A stretch of DNA of 64,000 nucleotides from Anaerolineales bacterium (GCA_026129305.1 JAHCII010000001.1:90270-154269); one strand, 5' to 3'; positions 1 to 8,541 are shown, counted from the first letter of the stretch. Made by a program: numbers and translations. Notes: generated from the letters alone by a model not told the origin.

Positions 1-40
1 CTTGCGGGCTGGCGCCCTGGCCATGCTAGAATCGCCCTCT

Positions 41-592
41 ATGCCAAATGAATGCTTTATTTGTGTGGATGTCGAAACCGCCGGCCCCAACCCGGCCGAT
101 TATTCGATGCTTTCGCTGGGCGCCGTGCTGGTCAGCGATGTGCAGCAAGAGTTCTATGCCGAGTTCAAGCCAGTCAACATGAACAACACGGCCGAAGCGC
201 AGAGCGTGCATGGCTTGTCGCTGGAAGCGCTGGCCCAAACCGGCCTGGAGCCTGCCGAGGGCCTGCAACGCTTCGCCAATTGGCTGGCCCAAGTCTGCCA
301 GGGGCAGCCGCCGGTCTTCGTGGCCTTTAACGCGCCCTTCGACTGGATGTTCGTGGCCGATTATTTTCACCACTACCTGGGCAGCAACCCCTTCGGCCAC
401 CGCGCCATAGATATCAAGGCCGTCTACATGGGCCTGCACGGCGGGCCGTGGGCCGAGGCCAGTTTCCAGCAGGTCAGCCAGCGCTACGGCCTGCCTGAGA
501 TGCTTAACCACAATGCGCTGGACGACGCGCGCCAAACCGCAGTCATGTTTGCCGCTATACTGGCTAAGATCAAGGAGAGCCGCCATGTCTGA
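41..592 (+). CDS. Stand-alone DEDDh 3'-5' exonuclease (DnaQ/epsilon-like fold)
   Basis: ORF 2..592. Exo I 'CVDVETAG', Exo II 'FNAPFDWMF' and Exo III 'HNALDDARQ' motifs are present. ATG at 41 (alternative ATG 23); the frame is open to the window edge, so the true start could lie upstream. Stop TGA 590-592 overlaps the next gene's ATG at 585. Confidence 0.8.
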   Translation: MPNECFICVDVETAGPNPADYSMLSLGAVLVSDVQQEFYAEFKPVNMNNTAEAQSVHGLSLEALAQTGLEPAEGLQRFANWLAQVCQGQPPVFVAFNAPFDWMFVADYFHHYLGSNPFGHRAIDIKAVYMGLHGGPWAEASFQQVSQRYGLPEMLNHNALDDARQTAVMFAAILAKIKESRHV

Positions 593-1898
593 ACCTTCTG
601 CCGCCCTGCAACGTATCATCGAATCCGCCCAGCGCCTGGGCGTACAGCTGGACGAGAGCGCCGCCCTGCAATGGCTGACGGCCGTCGCCGCCGGCGACGG
701 CCAGGACAGCGACGTGGTCGTGGACGTAAAGGAAGGCGTCTTCGGCCACCGCCTGACCATGCTGGACTTCAGCTCGGAGGAGCTGGCCCACTTCCGCAAG
801 ATGGGCAAGCTGGTCGAGTTTGACGACGTTCCCGGCCAGGTGGAGACCGCCTTGGCGCTCTCCGGCTCGGCGGCCCAGTCCAAGATCCAAACCTACCCGG
901 GCGACGCCGATTTCTTCGAGCGCGTCAACATCATCGCCCCCAGCCGTGAAGAGGCCTGCGATATTCTCGGCAGGCTGATCCGTGACAAGGCGCTCAGCAC
1001 ACTGAGGGGACCGGGCTACGAGCTGATCGAGATCAAAATGGGCAACTACCCGCAGGATGTGCAGCGCGAGGGCAAGAAGCTGCCGGCCGGCTCGCCCATC
1101 TCCTGGAATGCGACCGAGGTGCAGGCCGGCCAGATTGAGCTGCAAGACGCTGATGGCAACCCGCTGACGCTGACCTGGCAGCAGGCTGTGCAAGACCCCG
1201 GCTGGTGCAAGCTGGACTGGGTGGTGGCTGACCAGGCCCACCGCCAGCTGGTGAACGCCAGCAACATGCTGGACGCCACCTGGGAGGCGCCGGACGGCAC
1301 GATCACGCCGCTGGACGGCTACCTGGACCCTTACTTCCAGGAGGTCTATCTGGAGGCCAGCTCCATCCCCTTGTTCACCAAGCTGGCCAAGCAGGTGGAC
1401 GCCGACGCGCTGGACGAATATGTGCGCCAGTTGGAGAAAGAGGTACGCAAGTACACCACCAAGGACCCCAATTTCGGCAAAGCTGCCAAGCGCATGTACA
1501 ACATCTTCCGCCTGACCGGGCGCTATGAGGAAGCCGCCTTCCTGCGCGAGCTCTTCGACGAACCCGCCACAGTGCTGTACCAGGTCTGGTCTCTGATCCG
1601 CACGATTGACGACTGCTTTACGCCCGACTCGTCGATCGAACTGGACACCCTGCTGGGCCAGACCGACAAACTGATCCTCAGCGTGGTGCAGGCCCTGGAA
1701 GGCCCGGAAGAGCAGGAAATCGTTCGCGAGCTGCTGCAGCTGCGCGACGTACTTTCGCGTGAGCGCGTCCATGAGCAGCTCTCGCCCAAGGCCGAATCAG
1801 CCCGGGCTGAGTTGATCAATCTGGTCAACAACTTCTATTACGAGCGCATGACTGGCGTGCCGACCATCAAAGAATACATGGACGGCTTGGGAAGCTAG
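585..1898 (+). CDS. Hypothetical 437-aa protein with a Pol-beta-superfamily nucleotidyltransferase-like signature
   Basis: In-frame ATG at 585 inside ORF 513..1898, preceded by AAGGAG (572-577) at 7 nt. The motif 'LSGSAAQSKIQTYPGDADFF' fits hG[GS]-x9-13-DxD. A downstream strand 'YELIEIKMG' could supply the third carboxylate. No other family recognised. Confidence 0.6.
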   Translation: MSEPSAALQRIIESAQRLGVQLDESAALQWLTAVAAGDGQDSDVVVDVKEGVFGHRLTMLDFSSEELAHFRKMGKLVEFDDVPGQVETALALSGSAAQSKIQTYPGDADFFERVNIIAPSREEACDILGRLIRDKALSTLRGPGYELIEIKMGNYPQDVQREGKKLPAGSPISWNATEVQAGQIELQDADGNPLTLTWQQAVQDPGWCKLDWVVADQAHRQLVNASNMLDATWEAPDGTITPLDGYLDPYFQEVYLEASSIPLFTKLAKQVDADALDEYVRQLEKEVRKYTTKDPNFGKAAKRMYNIFRLTGRYEEAAFLRELFDEPATVLYQVWSLIRTIDDCFTPDSSIELDTLLGQTDKLILSVVQALEGPEEQEIVRELLQLRDVLSRERVHEQLSPKAESARAELINLVNNFYYERMTGVPTIKEYMDGLGS

Positions 1899-1907
1899 CG
1901 AGCCTAG

Positions 1908-2228
1908 ATGGAGACCCCGCAGCTCGGCCATCCCAGCATCCAGGCTGCTTTTGAGGCCCTGCAAGCCGGCGACAAAGCCGCCTGGTTCGCCCAGTTCAGC
2001 GCCGACGCCGAACTGCTGGACGACGGGCAGCCGCTGGCCTTCCGCCCCTTCTTCGAGAACGCCATCGGCCACGAACGTTTCGTGAGCATCGACGCGGTCA
2101 GCCTGGATGGTCATGAACTGATCGGCACCATCGAAACCGAGCAATGGGGCAGTTTCAAAGCCTATTTTCGCTTCAGTTTGAATGCCGAGGGCAAGCTCAA
2201 TAAGCTCGAGATTGGCCGGGCGGATTAA
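1908..2228 (+). CDS. NTF2-like / SnoaL-like small protein
   Basis: 106-aa ORF starting 10 nt after the previous stop. Alpha+beta cone-like pattern ('AAFEALQAGDKAAWFAQFSADAEL...GKLNKLEI') typical of SnoaL/DUF4440 proteins. Confidence 0.55.
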   Translation: METPQLGHPSIQAAFEALQAGDKAAWFAQFSADAELLDDGQPLAFRPFFENAIGHERFVSIDAVSLDGHELIGTIETEQWGSFKAYFRFSLNAEGKLNKLEIGRAD

Positions 2229-2230
2229 CC

Positions 2231-2668
2231 TCACTCCCGCTCGGCCAGTGCGGCGAACAAGGCCAGCAGCTTAGGCCAGCCCGCTGCGTAGCTGGGGGCG
2301 AACTCCGGCACGCCGGCGGCGGCCCAGCCGCTGTGGGTCAGCGTCAGCAGCGTACCGCCGGCCACCTCGATCAAGATCACATCCACCTCGGTGGCCGCTT
2401 TGTAGGCCTCGCCCTTCCAGGTGAAGCTGAAGCGTGCTGGCGGCTGCAAGACGGTCAGCGAGCCGATCTGAAATTCTTCGCCGTTGGCAAAGGTTTCATA
2501 AAAGCGCCCACCCAGCTCAGGCACGAAGTGGATCTGGCCGGGAGCAGTGTGCTCCGGCGCAAAGCTGTAGCCTTGCAGCGGCCACCATTCGTTGACCCGG
2601 TGGACAAAGACGTCAAAGACTTTGGCCGGGCTGGCTTGGATCTGGATGTGGGCGCTGACGCGGTCCAT
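2231..2668 (-). CDS. SRPBCC/Aha1-domain protein
   Basis: 145-aa ORF with a typical Aha1_N/SRPBCC start 'IQASPAKVFDVF...NEWWP' and an 'FSFTW' strand. Confidence 0.7.
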   Translation of the reverse strand: MDRVSAHIQIQASPAKVFDVFVHRVNEWWPLQGYSFAPEHTAPGQIHFVPELGGRFYETFANGEEFQIGSLTVLQPPARFSFTWKGEAYKAATEVDVILIEVAGGTLLTLTHSGWAAAGVPEFAPSYAAGWPKLLALFAALAERE

Positions 2669-2735
2669 CAGAATCTTCCTCTAAAGTGAAGTCTCGGCGT
2701 TTTTGCAAACCAGACACGAGCGAATGACTGGCGTC

Positions 2736-3236
2736 TTATTCGCGAATTTCCGTCACCAAATCCACATAGGCGTCGAGGTCGGGCGGATGCGCCCAATCCA
2801 CTGGACCTTTGTCAAAGCGATACGCCAGACGCGGCAGTATGATCTTGCCCCAGGCGCGCCGGAAATACTCAATGCGCTGCTCCCACTGGCCGCCTTGACC
2901 AAAACCATCCTCACAGAAGTGCAGGCGAGTGCCATTTGCTAACGGCTCGAGGCGTACAGTCACATGGGTGTGCTGTGGGCGCACTTCGTCCAATTCGGGC
3001 GGCGCATTCCAGGTAAACGAGAGCATGTGCGGGCGTTGCAAGGCCAGGAAGACCACACCCTCGCCGCCGCGCGAACCCGGTGGGGCGTCCAGGTTGAAGT
3101 ACATCTCATAAGCTCCGCCGGGCCGGGGTTCTATTTTGGATTCCGGGGCAAAGAAGCTATGCGCCGCAGTCCAGGCATCCCAGACTTCTTCAGGCGTGGC
3201 TTTTAGATCCAACTGAAAACGAATGCGGCGTTCCAT
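2736..3236 (-). CDS. SRPBCC/Aha1-domain protein (tandem paralogue)
   Basis: 166-aa ORF with 'LKATPEEVWDAWT' and 'LSFTWNAP', the same fold signature as the neighbouring gene. Confidence 0.7.
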   Translation of the reverse strand: MERRIRFQLDLKATPEEVWDAWTAAHSFFAPESKIEPRPGGAYEMYFNLDAPPGSRGGEGVVFLALQRPHMLSFTWNAPPELDEVRPQHTHVTVRLEPLANGTRLHFCEDGFGQGGQWEQRIEYFRRAWGKIILPRLAYRFDKGPVDWAHPPDLDAYVDLVTEIRE

Positions 3237-3309
3237 GGTTGCCTCACGTGTTCATTATAAAAGGCAATTAAAATCTACCCAGCAACCCGCGCTGTATAAT
3301 TCATCTGCT

Positions 3310-4731
3310 TTGGCCGATCTCTTTGACCACGCGCTGAAACAGCGCCTCGACCGCGAAGCCCCACTGGCGGCACGCATGCGCCCGCGCCGGCTGGAAGAAT
3401 ACGTGGGCCAGCAGGAGATCCTCGGCGAAGGCCGCCTGCTGCGCCGCGCCATTGAGGCTGACCGGCTGTTCGCTTCCATCATCCTGTGGGGGCCGCCAGG
3501 CGTGGGCAAGACCACCCTGGCGATGGTCATCGCCAACCACACCCAATCGCACTTCGAAACCCTCTCGGCCGTGATGGCTGGCAAAGCCGAGCTGCGCCAG
3601 GTGCTGGACGAGGCCAAAGAACGCCGCCGGCTGTACAACATGCGCACCATCCTGTTCGTGGACGAGGTGCACCGCTGGAACAAAGCCCAGCAGGACGCTC
3701 TGCTGCCGCATGTCGAGAACGGCACCATCACCCTGATCGGCGCCACTACCGAGAACCCTTATTTCGAGGTCAACGGCGCGCTGGTCTCCCGCTCGCGCAT
3801 CTTCCAGCTGCACCCCCTGACCGACGCTGAAGTGCGCCAAGTGATGCAAATGGCGCTGGACGACCCCGAGCGCGGCTACGGTGGCCGCAGCATCCAGCTG
3901 CACGACGAGGCGGCCGCCCACTTCATCCGCGTGGCCGGCGGCGATGCCCGCAATGCACTCAATGCTCTGGAGCTTGCCGTGGAGAGCACCTCACCCGACG
4001 CCAGCGGCGTGATCCAGATCAGCCTATCGGTGGCGCAGGAATCGATCCAGCGCCGCGCTGTGCTGTATGACAAGGATGGCGACGCCCACTACGACACGAT
4101 CTCGGCTTTCATCAAGTCGGTGCGCGGCTCGGACCCGGACGCCGCCCTGTACTGGTTGGCCAAAATGCTCTACTCAGGCGAGGACCCGCGCTTCATCCTG
4201 CGCCGCCTGGTGATCCTGGCCGGCGAAGACATTGGCCTGGGCGACCCGTTGGGCCTGGTGGTCGCCAACGCCGCCGCCCAATCCTTCGATTTCATCGGTC
4301 TGCCGGAGGGCATTTTCCCCATCGTGCACGCCACGCTGTATCTCTCCACGGCGCCCAAGTCCAACAGCGCTCTGGGCTACTTTGCCGCCTACCAGAAGAT
4401 CGAAGCTGAAGGCAAAGTGGACGTGCCGGACCCGCTGCGCGACAAGAACCGGGACGGCAAGGCGCTGGGCCATGGCCAGGGCTATGTCTATCCGCATGAC
4501 GAGCCGGAGCATTTTGCCCCGCAGCAATACCTGCCCAAGGACGTGCTGGGCACCTATTTTTATGACCCGTCCGAGCAGGGCTATGAAGCCGAGGTCAAAG
4601 CGCGCCTGGCGCGCTGGCGCGAAGCTCAACGGCTGGCGCTCAACATCACTCGCAGCGAGCAGCTGCCCACCCCAGGCCACGACGAAGCCGAAGAGATCAA
4701 GCGCCGCCACAAGAGCGGCGGGAGCCGCTAG
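3310..4731 (+). CDS. rarA: Replication-associated recombination protein A (AAA+ ATPase)
   Basis: 'PLAARMRPRRLEEYVGQ', Walker A 'GPPGVGKTT', 'LFVDEVHRWNKAQQD', and a MgsA C-terminal domain. The listed ORF start at 3223 lies in an AT-rich, promoter-like stretch (3241-3300, including TGTATAAT at 3293-3300) and overlaps the divergent gene. I therefore place the start at the in-frame TTG at 3310; this start is uncertain. Confidence 0.85.
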   Translation: MADLFDHALKQRLDREAPLAARMRPRRLEEYVGQQEILGEGRLLRRAIEADRLFASIILWGPPGVGKTTLAMVIANHTQSHFETLSAVMAGKAELRQVLDEAKERRRLYNMRTILFVDEVHRWNKAQQDALLPHVENGTITLIGATTENPYFEVNGALVSRSRIFQLHPLTDAEVRQVMQMALDDPERGYGGRSIQLHDEAAAHFIRVAGGDARNALNALELAVESTSPDASGVIQISLSVAQESIQRRAVLYDKDGDAHYDTISAFIKSVRGSDPDAALYWLAKMLYSGEDPRFILRRLVILAGEDIGLGDPLGLVVANAAAQSFDFIGLPEGIFPIVHATLYLSTAPKSNSALGYFAAYQKIEAEGKVDVPDPLRDKNRDGKALGHGQGYVYPHDEPEHFAPQQYLPKDVLGTYFYDPSEQGYEAEVKARLARWREAQRLALNITRSEQLPTPGHDEAEEIKRRHKSGGSR

Positions 4732-4732
4732 C

Positions 4733-5335
4733 ATGCCGCTTGTCTTGTTGATCCGCCACGGCGAAAACGATTTCGTCAAAACCGGGCGCGCCGCCGGGCG
4801 CCTACCGGGCGTGCACCTCAACGCCCGCGGCCAGGCCCAGGCCGCCGCGCTGGCCGGCGCCCTGGCCAAGCCGCAGCTGGCGGCGGTGTACAGCAGCCCG
4901 CTGGAGCGCGCCCGTGAGACGGCTGCACCGCTGGCCAAGGCCCACGGCCTCAAAGTGCACATCCGCCGTGACCTGCAGGAAACCGACCTGGGTGAGTGGC
5001 AGGGCCGCCTGCTCAAAGACATGCGCCGCGAGAAGTCCTGGAAGGTCTTGCAGCAGGCGCCTTCGCGTTTCCGCTTCCCTGGCGGTGAAAGTATCCCAGA
5101 GCAGCAGCTGCGCCTGGCCAAGCAGATCGAAGCGATCTGCGCCGGCCACGGCCCCAAGGACATTATCGCCTGCGTCAGCCATGCCGACCCGATCAAGCTG
5201 ATCATTGCCCACTACCTGGGCCTGCCGCTGGACCAGTACCAACGACTCTCTGTGGACACGGCCTCAGTCAGCACGCTCTTTATCGGCGAGGCGGGCGCCC
5301 AGCTGCTCAATCTGAACTGGAAAGCTGGTAGTTAG
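4733..5335 (+). CDS. Histidine phosphatase family protein (phosphoglycerate-mutase-like; MSMEG_4193-type putative phosphomutase)
   Basis: ATG at 4733, 1 nt after the rarA stop. 'LIRHGENDF' catalytic RHG motif and second His in 'VSHADPIK'. The N-terminal part of listed ORF 4232..5335 is an out-of-frame overlap of rarA. Confidence 0.8.
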   Translation: MPLVLLIRHGENDFVKTGRAAGRLPGVHLNARGQAQAAALAGALAKPQLAAVYSSPLERARETAAPLAKAHGLKVHIRRDLQETDLGEWQGRLLKDMRREKSWKVLQQAPSRFRFPGGESIPEQQLRLAKQIEAICAGHGPKDIIACVSHADPIKLIIAHYLGLPLDQYQRLSVDTASVSTLFIGEAGAQLLNLNWKAGS

Positions 5336-5448
5336 TAATTAGTTATCAGGTAATAAGCTAGTAAGTGACGCTCTGATATACTGGATTACCAACAGCTACA
5401 CTGACCCTACAAGCTAAAAATGCTTTATCTGGAAGAATAATTCCCCGT

Positions 5449-5973
5449 ATGCCTAAACCCATCGAGCTTCGCCCTGTAGACCACATCACCACCGACGCGA
5501 TTGGCGCCCCCGGCCAGCGCGTCTTTTACATCCAGGCCTGGAAAGACGACCGCATCATCACCCTGGTGTGTGAGAAGACCCAGATTCAGAGCCTGGCGGT
5601 GGGTGTGGAGCAGTTCCTGGCGGAGATCAACACCAAGCACGCCGACCTGGCTGACGCCTCGGCCGACTACGACGAAGACCAGATGCATATCCACCCGCCG
5701 GTGGATCCCATTTTCCGCGTCGGCCAGTTGGGCTTGGGCTACGATCCAGACGGCGACCTGGTGGCCCTGGAACTTCGTGAACTGCCCGAAGGCCAGCAGG
5801 AGCCGGATGAACTCGGCCTGGCACGTTTGTGGTGCACACGCTCGCAGATCCGCGCCCTGGCCAATTGGGGCATCGAGATCGCCTCGCGCGGCCGCCCGGT
5901 CTGCCCGCAATGCGGCCAGCCGATGGACCCAGCCGGCCACTTCTGCGCCCGCAAAAATGGGCACAAGCATTGA
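5449..5973 (+). CDS. DUF3090-family protein
   Basis: 174 aa. 'ITTDAIGAPGQRVFYIQA' N-terminus and a C-terminal zinc-ribbon-like 'CPQCGQPMDPAGHFCARKNGH'. It sits in the known family neighbourhood with the phosphomutase-like and SCO1664-like genes. Confidence 0.75.
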   Translation: MPKPIELRPVDHITTDAIGAPGQRVFYIQAWKDDRIITLVCEKTQIQSLAVGVEQFLAEINTKHADLADASADYDEDQMHIHPPVDPIFRVGQLGLGYDPDGDLVALELRELPEGQQEPDELGLARLWCTRSQIRALANWGIEIASRGRPVCPQCGQPMDPAGHFCARKNGHKH

Positions 5974-6108
5974 TCAGGAATCGGGATTAGTGCTTAGGGG
6001 TTAGCAATTCGCAGCTCCAGCCCATAAGCAAATCGAACACCTGATTCCCAGGCAACCTCAGCTCGAAATTTCGAGTAACATCACAATACGGAGGCGCGTT
6101 ACCCTGCT

Positions 6109-7437
6109 ATGAAAAAGCACATTCTGCTAGCCCTCGGCCTGTTACTCTCCGCCTGCGCTTCCGCCCCGGCTGGCCAAGCCAACGTCGAAGCCAACCAACC
6201 CAGCGCGACTGGCAGCCAGGCGACAGCCGCCAGCCCAGCCACGGCTGAGGCCAGCCCTACTGTAGAGTCCAGCCCAACAGCTGTGCCGCTGCCTTACAGC
6301 GGCCCCAACCCGCGCCTGGCCATAGTGAGATGGGATGAAGAGAGCGAGGTGGTTTTTCTCGATGTGATCGAATTGGGCAGTGAAGAGCTTGTCGCCAGCA
6401 TTCCCGTAGAGGGCGCGTGGAGAATGGTTCTTTCTCCCGACGGCAGCATGCTGTTCAGTTCCCACAGTAAAGGCCCCGGCACTGTGTATGACCTGGATAG
6501 CGGCGAAAGCCGCGTGATTGACCTCTCCGGCATCATAGCCGAGGATGCTGACCTCGTTCACGCGGCTTGGGCGCCCAGCCAACAATGGCTGAGTTTGGGC
6601 GTACTGAACCCCCACAGCCGTGATTCTCTGTGGCTGTACAGTCTACAAACCGATCAACTCACCTATATTGACCAATTTACGCGCGCATATTCTGCCAATC
6701 GAATTGCGCCAATTAGCTGGTCTGCCGATGACACTGTGAGCTATATCCGCGATGTAGATGGAGTCCCGCGCATCACCTATGATTCCACCACCGGCCAGCA
6801 TACGGTCTGGCCGATGCCAAACGCCCAAACGCGTTCTGATTTGATCAAGCATAGTGGCCTGACCCCAGACTCCTATCGGTGTGAGATCTGCGTACTCCCG
6901 CAACTGGGCCTGGTGCACGATTACATCTCCCTCCAAGAAAGCCCGCTGCAATATTATTATCAGCTCTACGATTTCGATAAAGTGGAGCTGCTTGCCTATG
7001 TGGCCACCTTCGATACGCAACGGGAAGACTGGCTGGAGTACAGCATAGAGGTGCTGAATTTGTTCCCGCTGCAGGACCGCGGAGATTATCTGCTTTTTGT
7101 AGAAGAGCGCTCTGGTTTATTCAGCAATGGTGACTATCTACAACGTTATTACGCCGCTTGGAACCCCTCGGGTGAAATGCCGTTTACGGTAGTGGAAGGC
7201 GAGCCGGCCAATACGCTGCCAGACGTGATACCCATGGCGGTCAGCCCGGATGGGAGCAGCTTTGTGGGCTTGCGCCTGGCTGGCATGGATGAGTATGGAG
7301 GCACTTTCAGAGTGGTTAGTGCGTTGGTGGTGGACCTGGCCACAGCAGAGGTGCTCTATGAGTATCCCCTTCCTGACGCGGCTTACTTTTATCCGCCCTA
7401 CATAGAGGGGATCCACGTAGTCTGGCCTGGGAAGTGA
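6109..7437 (+). CDS. Lipoprotein with PD40/TolB-like beta-propeller repeats
   Basis: Signal peptide plus lipobox 'LLALGLLLSAC', then an Ala/Ser/Pro-rich linker. Repeated 'SPDGSxxF' motifs ('LSPDGSMLFS', 'VSPDGSSFVG'). The stop overlaps the next gene's GTG (GTGA at 7434-7437). Confidence 0.7.
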   Translation: MKKHILLALGLLLSACASAPAGQANVEANQPSATGSQATAASPATAEASPTVESSPTAVPLPYSGPNPRLAIVRWDEESEVVFLDVIELGSEELVASIPVEGAWRMVLSPDGSMLFSSHSKGPGTVYDLDSGESRVIDLSGIIAEDADLVHAAWAPSQQWLSLGVLNPHSRDSLWLYSLQTDQLTYIDQFTRAYSANRIAPISWSADDTVSYIRDVDGVPRITYDSTTGQHTVWPMPNAQTRSDLIKHSGLTPDSYRCEICVLPQLGLVHDYISLQESPLQYYYQLYDFDKVELLAYVATFDTQREDWLEYSIEVLNLFPLQDRGDYLLFVEERSGLFSNGDYLQRYYAAWNPSGEMPFTVVEGEPANTLPDVIPMAVSPDGSSFVGLRLAGMDEYGGTFRVVSALVVDLATAEVLYEYPLPDAAYFYPPYIEGIHVVWPGK

Positions 7438-8171
7438 GCAGTAAAAACATTAGTCAACCAATTGACCAAGCGACAGCAATCGCCATTCTCCAAAGCGGCG
7501 AATTCAAGATTACCGGTCAATTCACTTGGGGCAGCAATTACACTTTCTTGGTGGAAGTGGCACAGCCCGGCGGCGACCCGCTGGAAGCGGTCTACAAACC
7601 CCAGCGCGGCGAGCGGCCGCTGTGGGATTTTCCCGAAGACAGTCTGGCTGGCCGCGAAGTGGCCGCCTGGCTGGTCAGCCAAGCATTGGGCTGGGGCTTG
7701 GTGCCGCCCACCGTCTTTCGAGATGATGGACCGCTGGGTCCGGGCTCTCTGCAACTGCACATTCCTCATGACCCCGAACAGCACTATTTCACTTTTGACG
7801 ACGCCACGCGCCAGCAACTGCGCCCAACAGCAGCCTTTGACCTGCTGATCAACAACGCCGACCGCAAGGGCGGCCACATCCTGCTGGACCCGGCCGGTAA
7901 ACTGTGGCTGATCGACCACGGCATCAGCTTCCATGCCGAGCCCAAGCTGCGCACCGTCATCTGGGACTTTGCCGGCCAGCCGCTGCCGGATGAGGTGACC
8001 GCCGGGCTGGAACGGCTGGCCGCTGACGGCCAACTGCGCACGCGATTGGCCGCCTACCTCAGCGAAGAAGAACTGGCCGCACTGGAGGCTCGGCGGGCCG
8101 CCCTGCTGGTCGCGGGGCGCTACCCAGCCCAACCGGAAGATCAGCGCAGCGTGCCCTGGCCGCCCGTTTGA
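7434..8171 (+). CDS. SCO1664-family protein (PI3/PI4-kinase-like fold)
   Basis: 245 aa. Kinase-like catalytic loop 'NNADRKGGHILLD' and 'WLIDHGISF' (DxG). GTG start coupled to the upstream stop. Confidence 0.75.
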   Translation: MSSKNISQPIDQATAIAILQSGEFKITGQFTWGSNYTFLVEVAQPGGDPLEAVYKPQRGERPLWDFPEDSLAGREVAAWLVSQALGWGLVPPTVFRDDGPLGPGSLQLHIPHDPEQHYFTFDDATRQQLRPTAAFDLLINNADRKGGHILLDPAGKLWLIDHGISFHAEPKLRTVIWDFAGQPLPDEVTAGLERLAADGQLRTRLAAYLSEEELAALEARRAALLVAGRYPAQPEDQRSVPWPPV

Positions 8172-8253
8172 AACGGCCAGGTTGACGCCGACGAGGGATT
8201 GCCAGCCCAAGCCTGATTAGCCGCTATACTGGCTGGAGCTTAATGGCCTCGCT

Positions 8254-8330
8254 GTAGGGGCGGGTCTAAGACCCGCCCACTATTGAAGCAATTTGGCTCT
8301 CAGGCAGAACGGTTTCAGACCGTCCCCTAC
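8254..8330. repeat. REP-like element: two inverted copies of a GTAGGGG-capped hairpin unit
   Basis: 'GTAGGGGCGGGTCTAAGACCCGCCCAC' (stem 8258-8266 / 8270-8278), and on the other strand 'GTAGGGGACGGTCTGAAACCGTTC' (8308-8330). GTAGGGG and CCCCTAC cap the ends. Confidence 0.6.
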
Positions 8331-8541
8331 GATGCGAACCAAGCCGTCCCAAGGCAAGACACCCCGCGGCATGATAATAATTAATACTATGCCACCACGA
8401 GTACAATCTGTTTAATGAACAAATCACATGCGGCCCTGGGTGGGGCAAACATCGCATGAAACGCTGGCAATTTTGTGGCGCTTGCGCCGCCTGGGAGAAA
8501 CTAGCGCTACTGTGCATCGCCTACAATTCTCCACGGCAAGG

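Noticed and set aside
26-1772. Minus-strand ORFs 26..883 (285 aa) and 570..1772 (400 aa)
   Set aside because: They are antisense to the exonuclease and NTase-like genes. Their composition is typical of GC-rich shadow frames, and they have no motifs or SD.
2231-3236. Tandem SRPBCC/Aha1-like genes as part of the left-edge candidate system
   Set aside because: They are on the opposite strand, convergent with the NTF2-like gene with only a 2-nt gap, and belong to a very common stand-alone family. There is no evidence of a functional link.
3223-3309. Upstream part of the listed rarA ORF (start 3223 or ATG 3235)
   Set aside because: It would overlap the divergent SRPBCC gene start (CCATGG at 3233-3238). 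It would also read through an AT-rich, promoter-like stretch (3241-3300, with TGTATAAT). Conserved RarA sequence begins only about 18 codons before 'PLAARMRP'. The chosen TTG at 3310 has no obvious SD, so the exact start remains uncertain.
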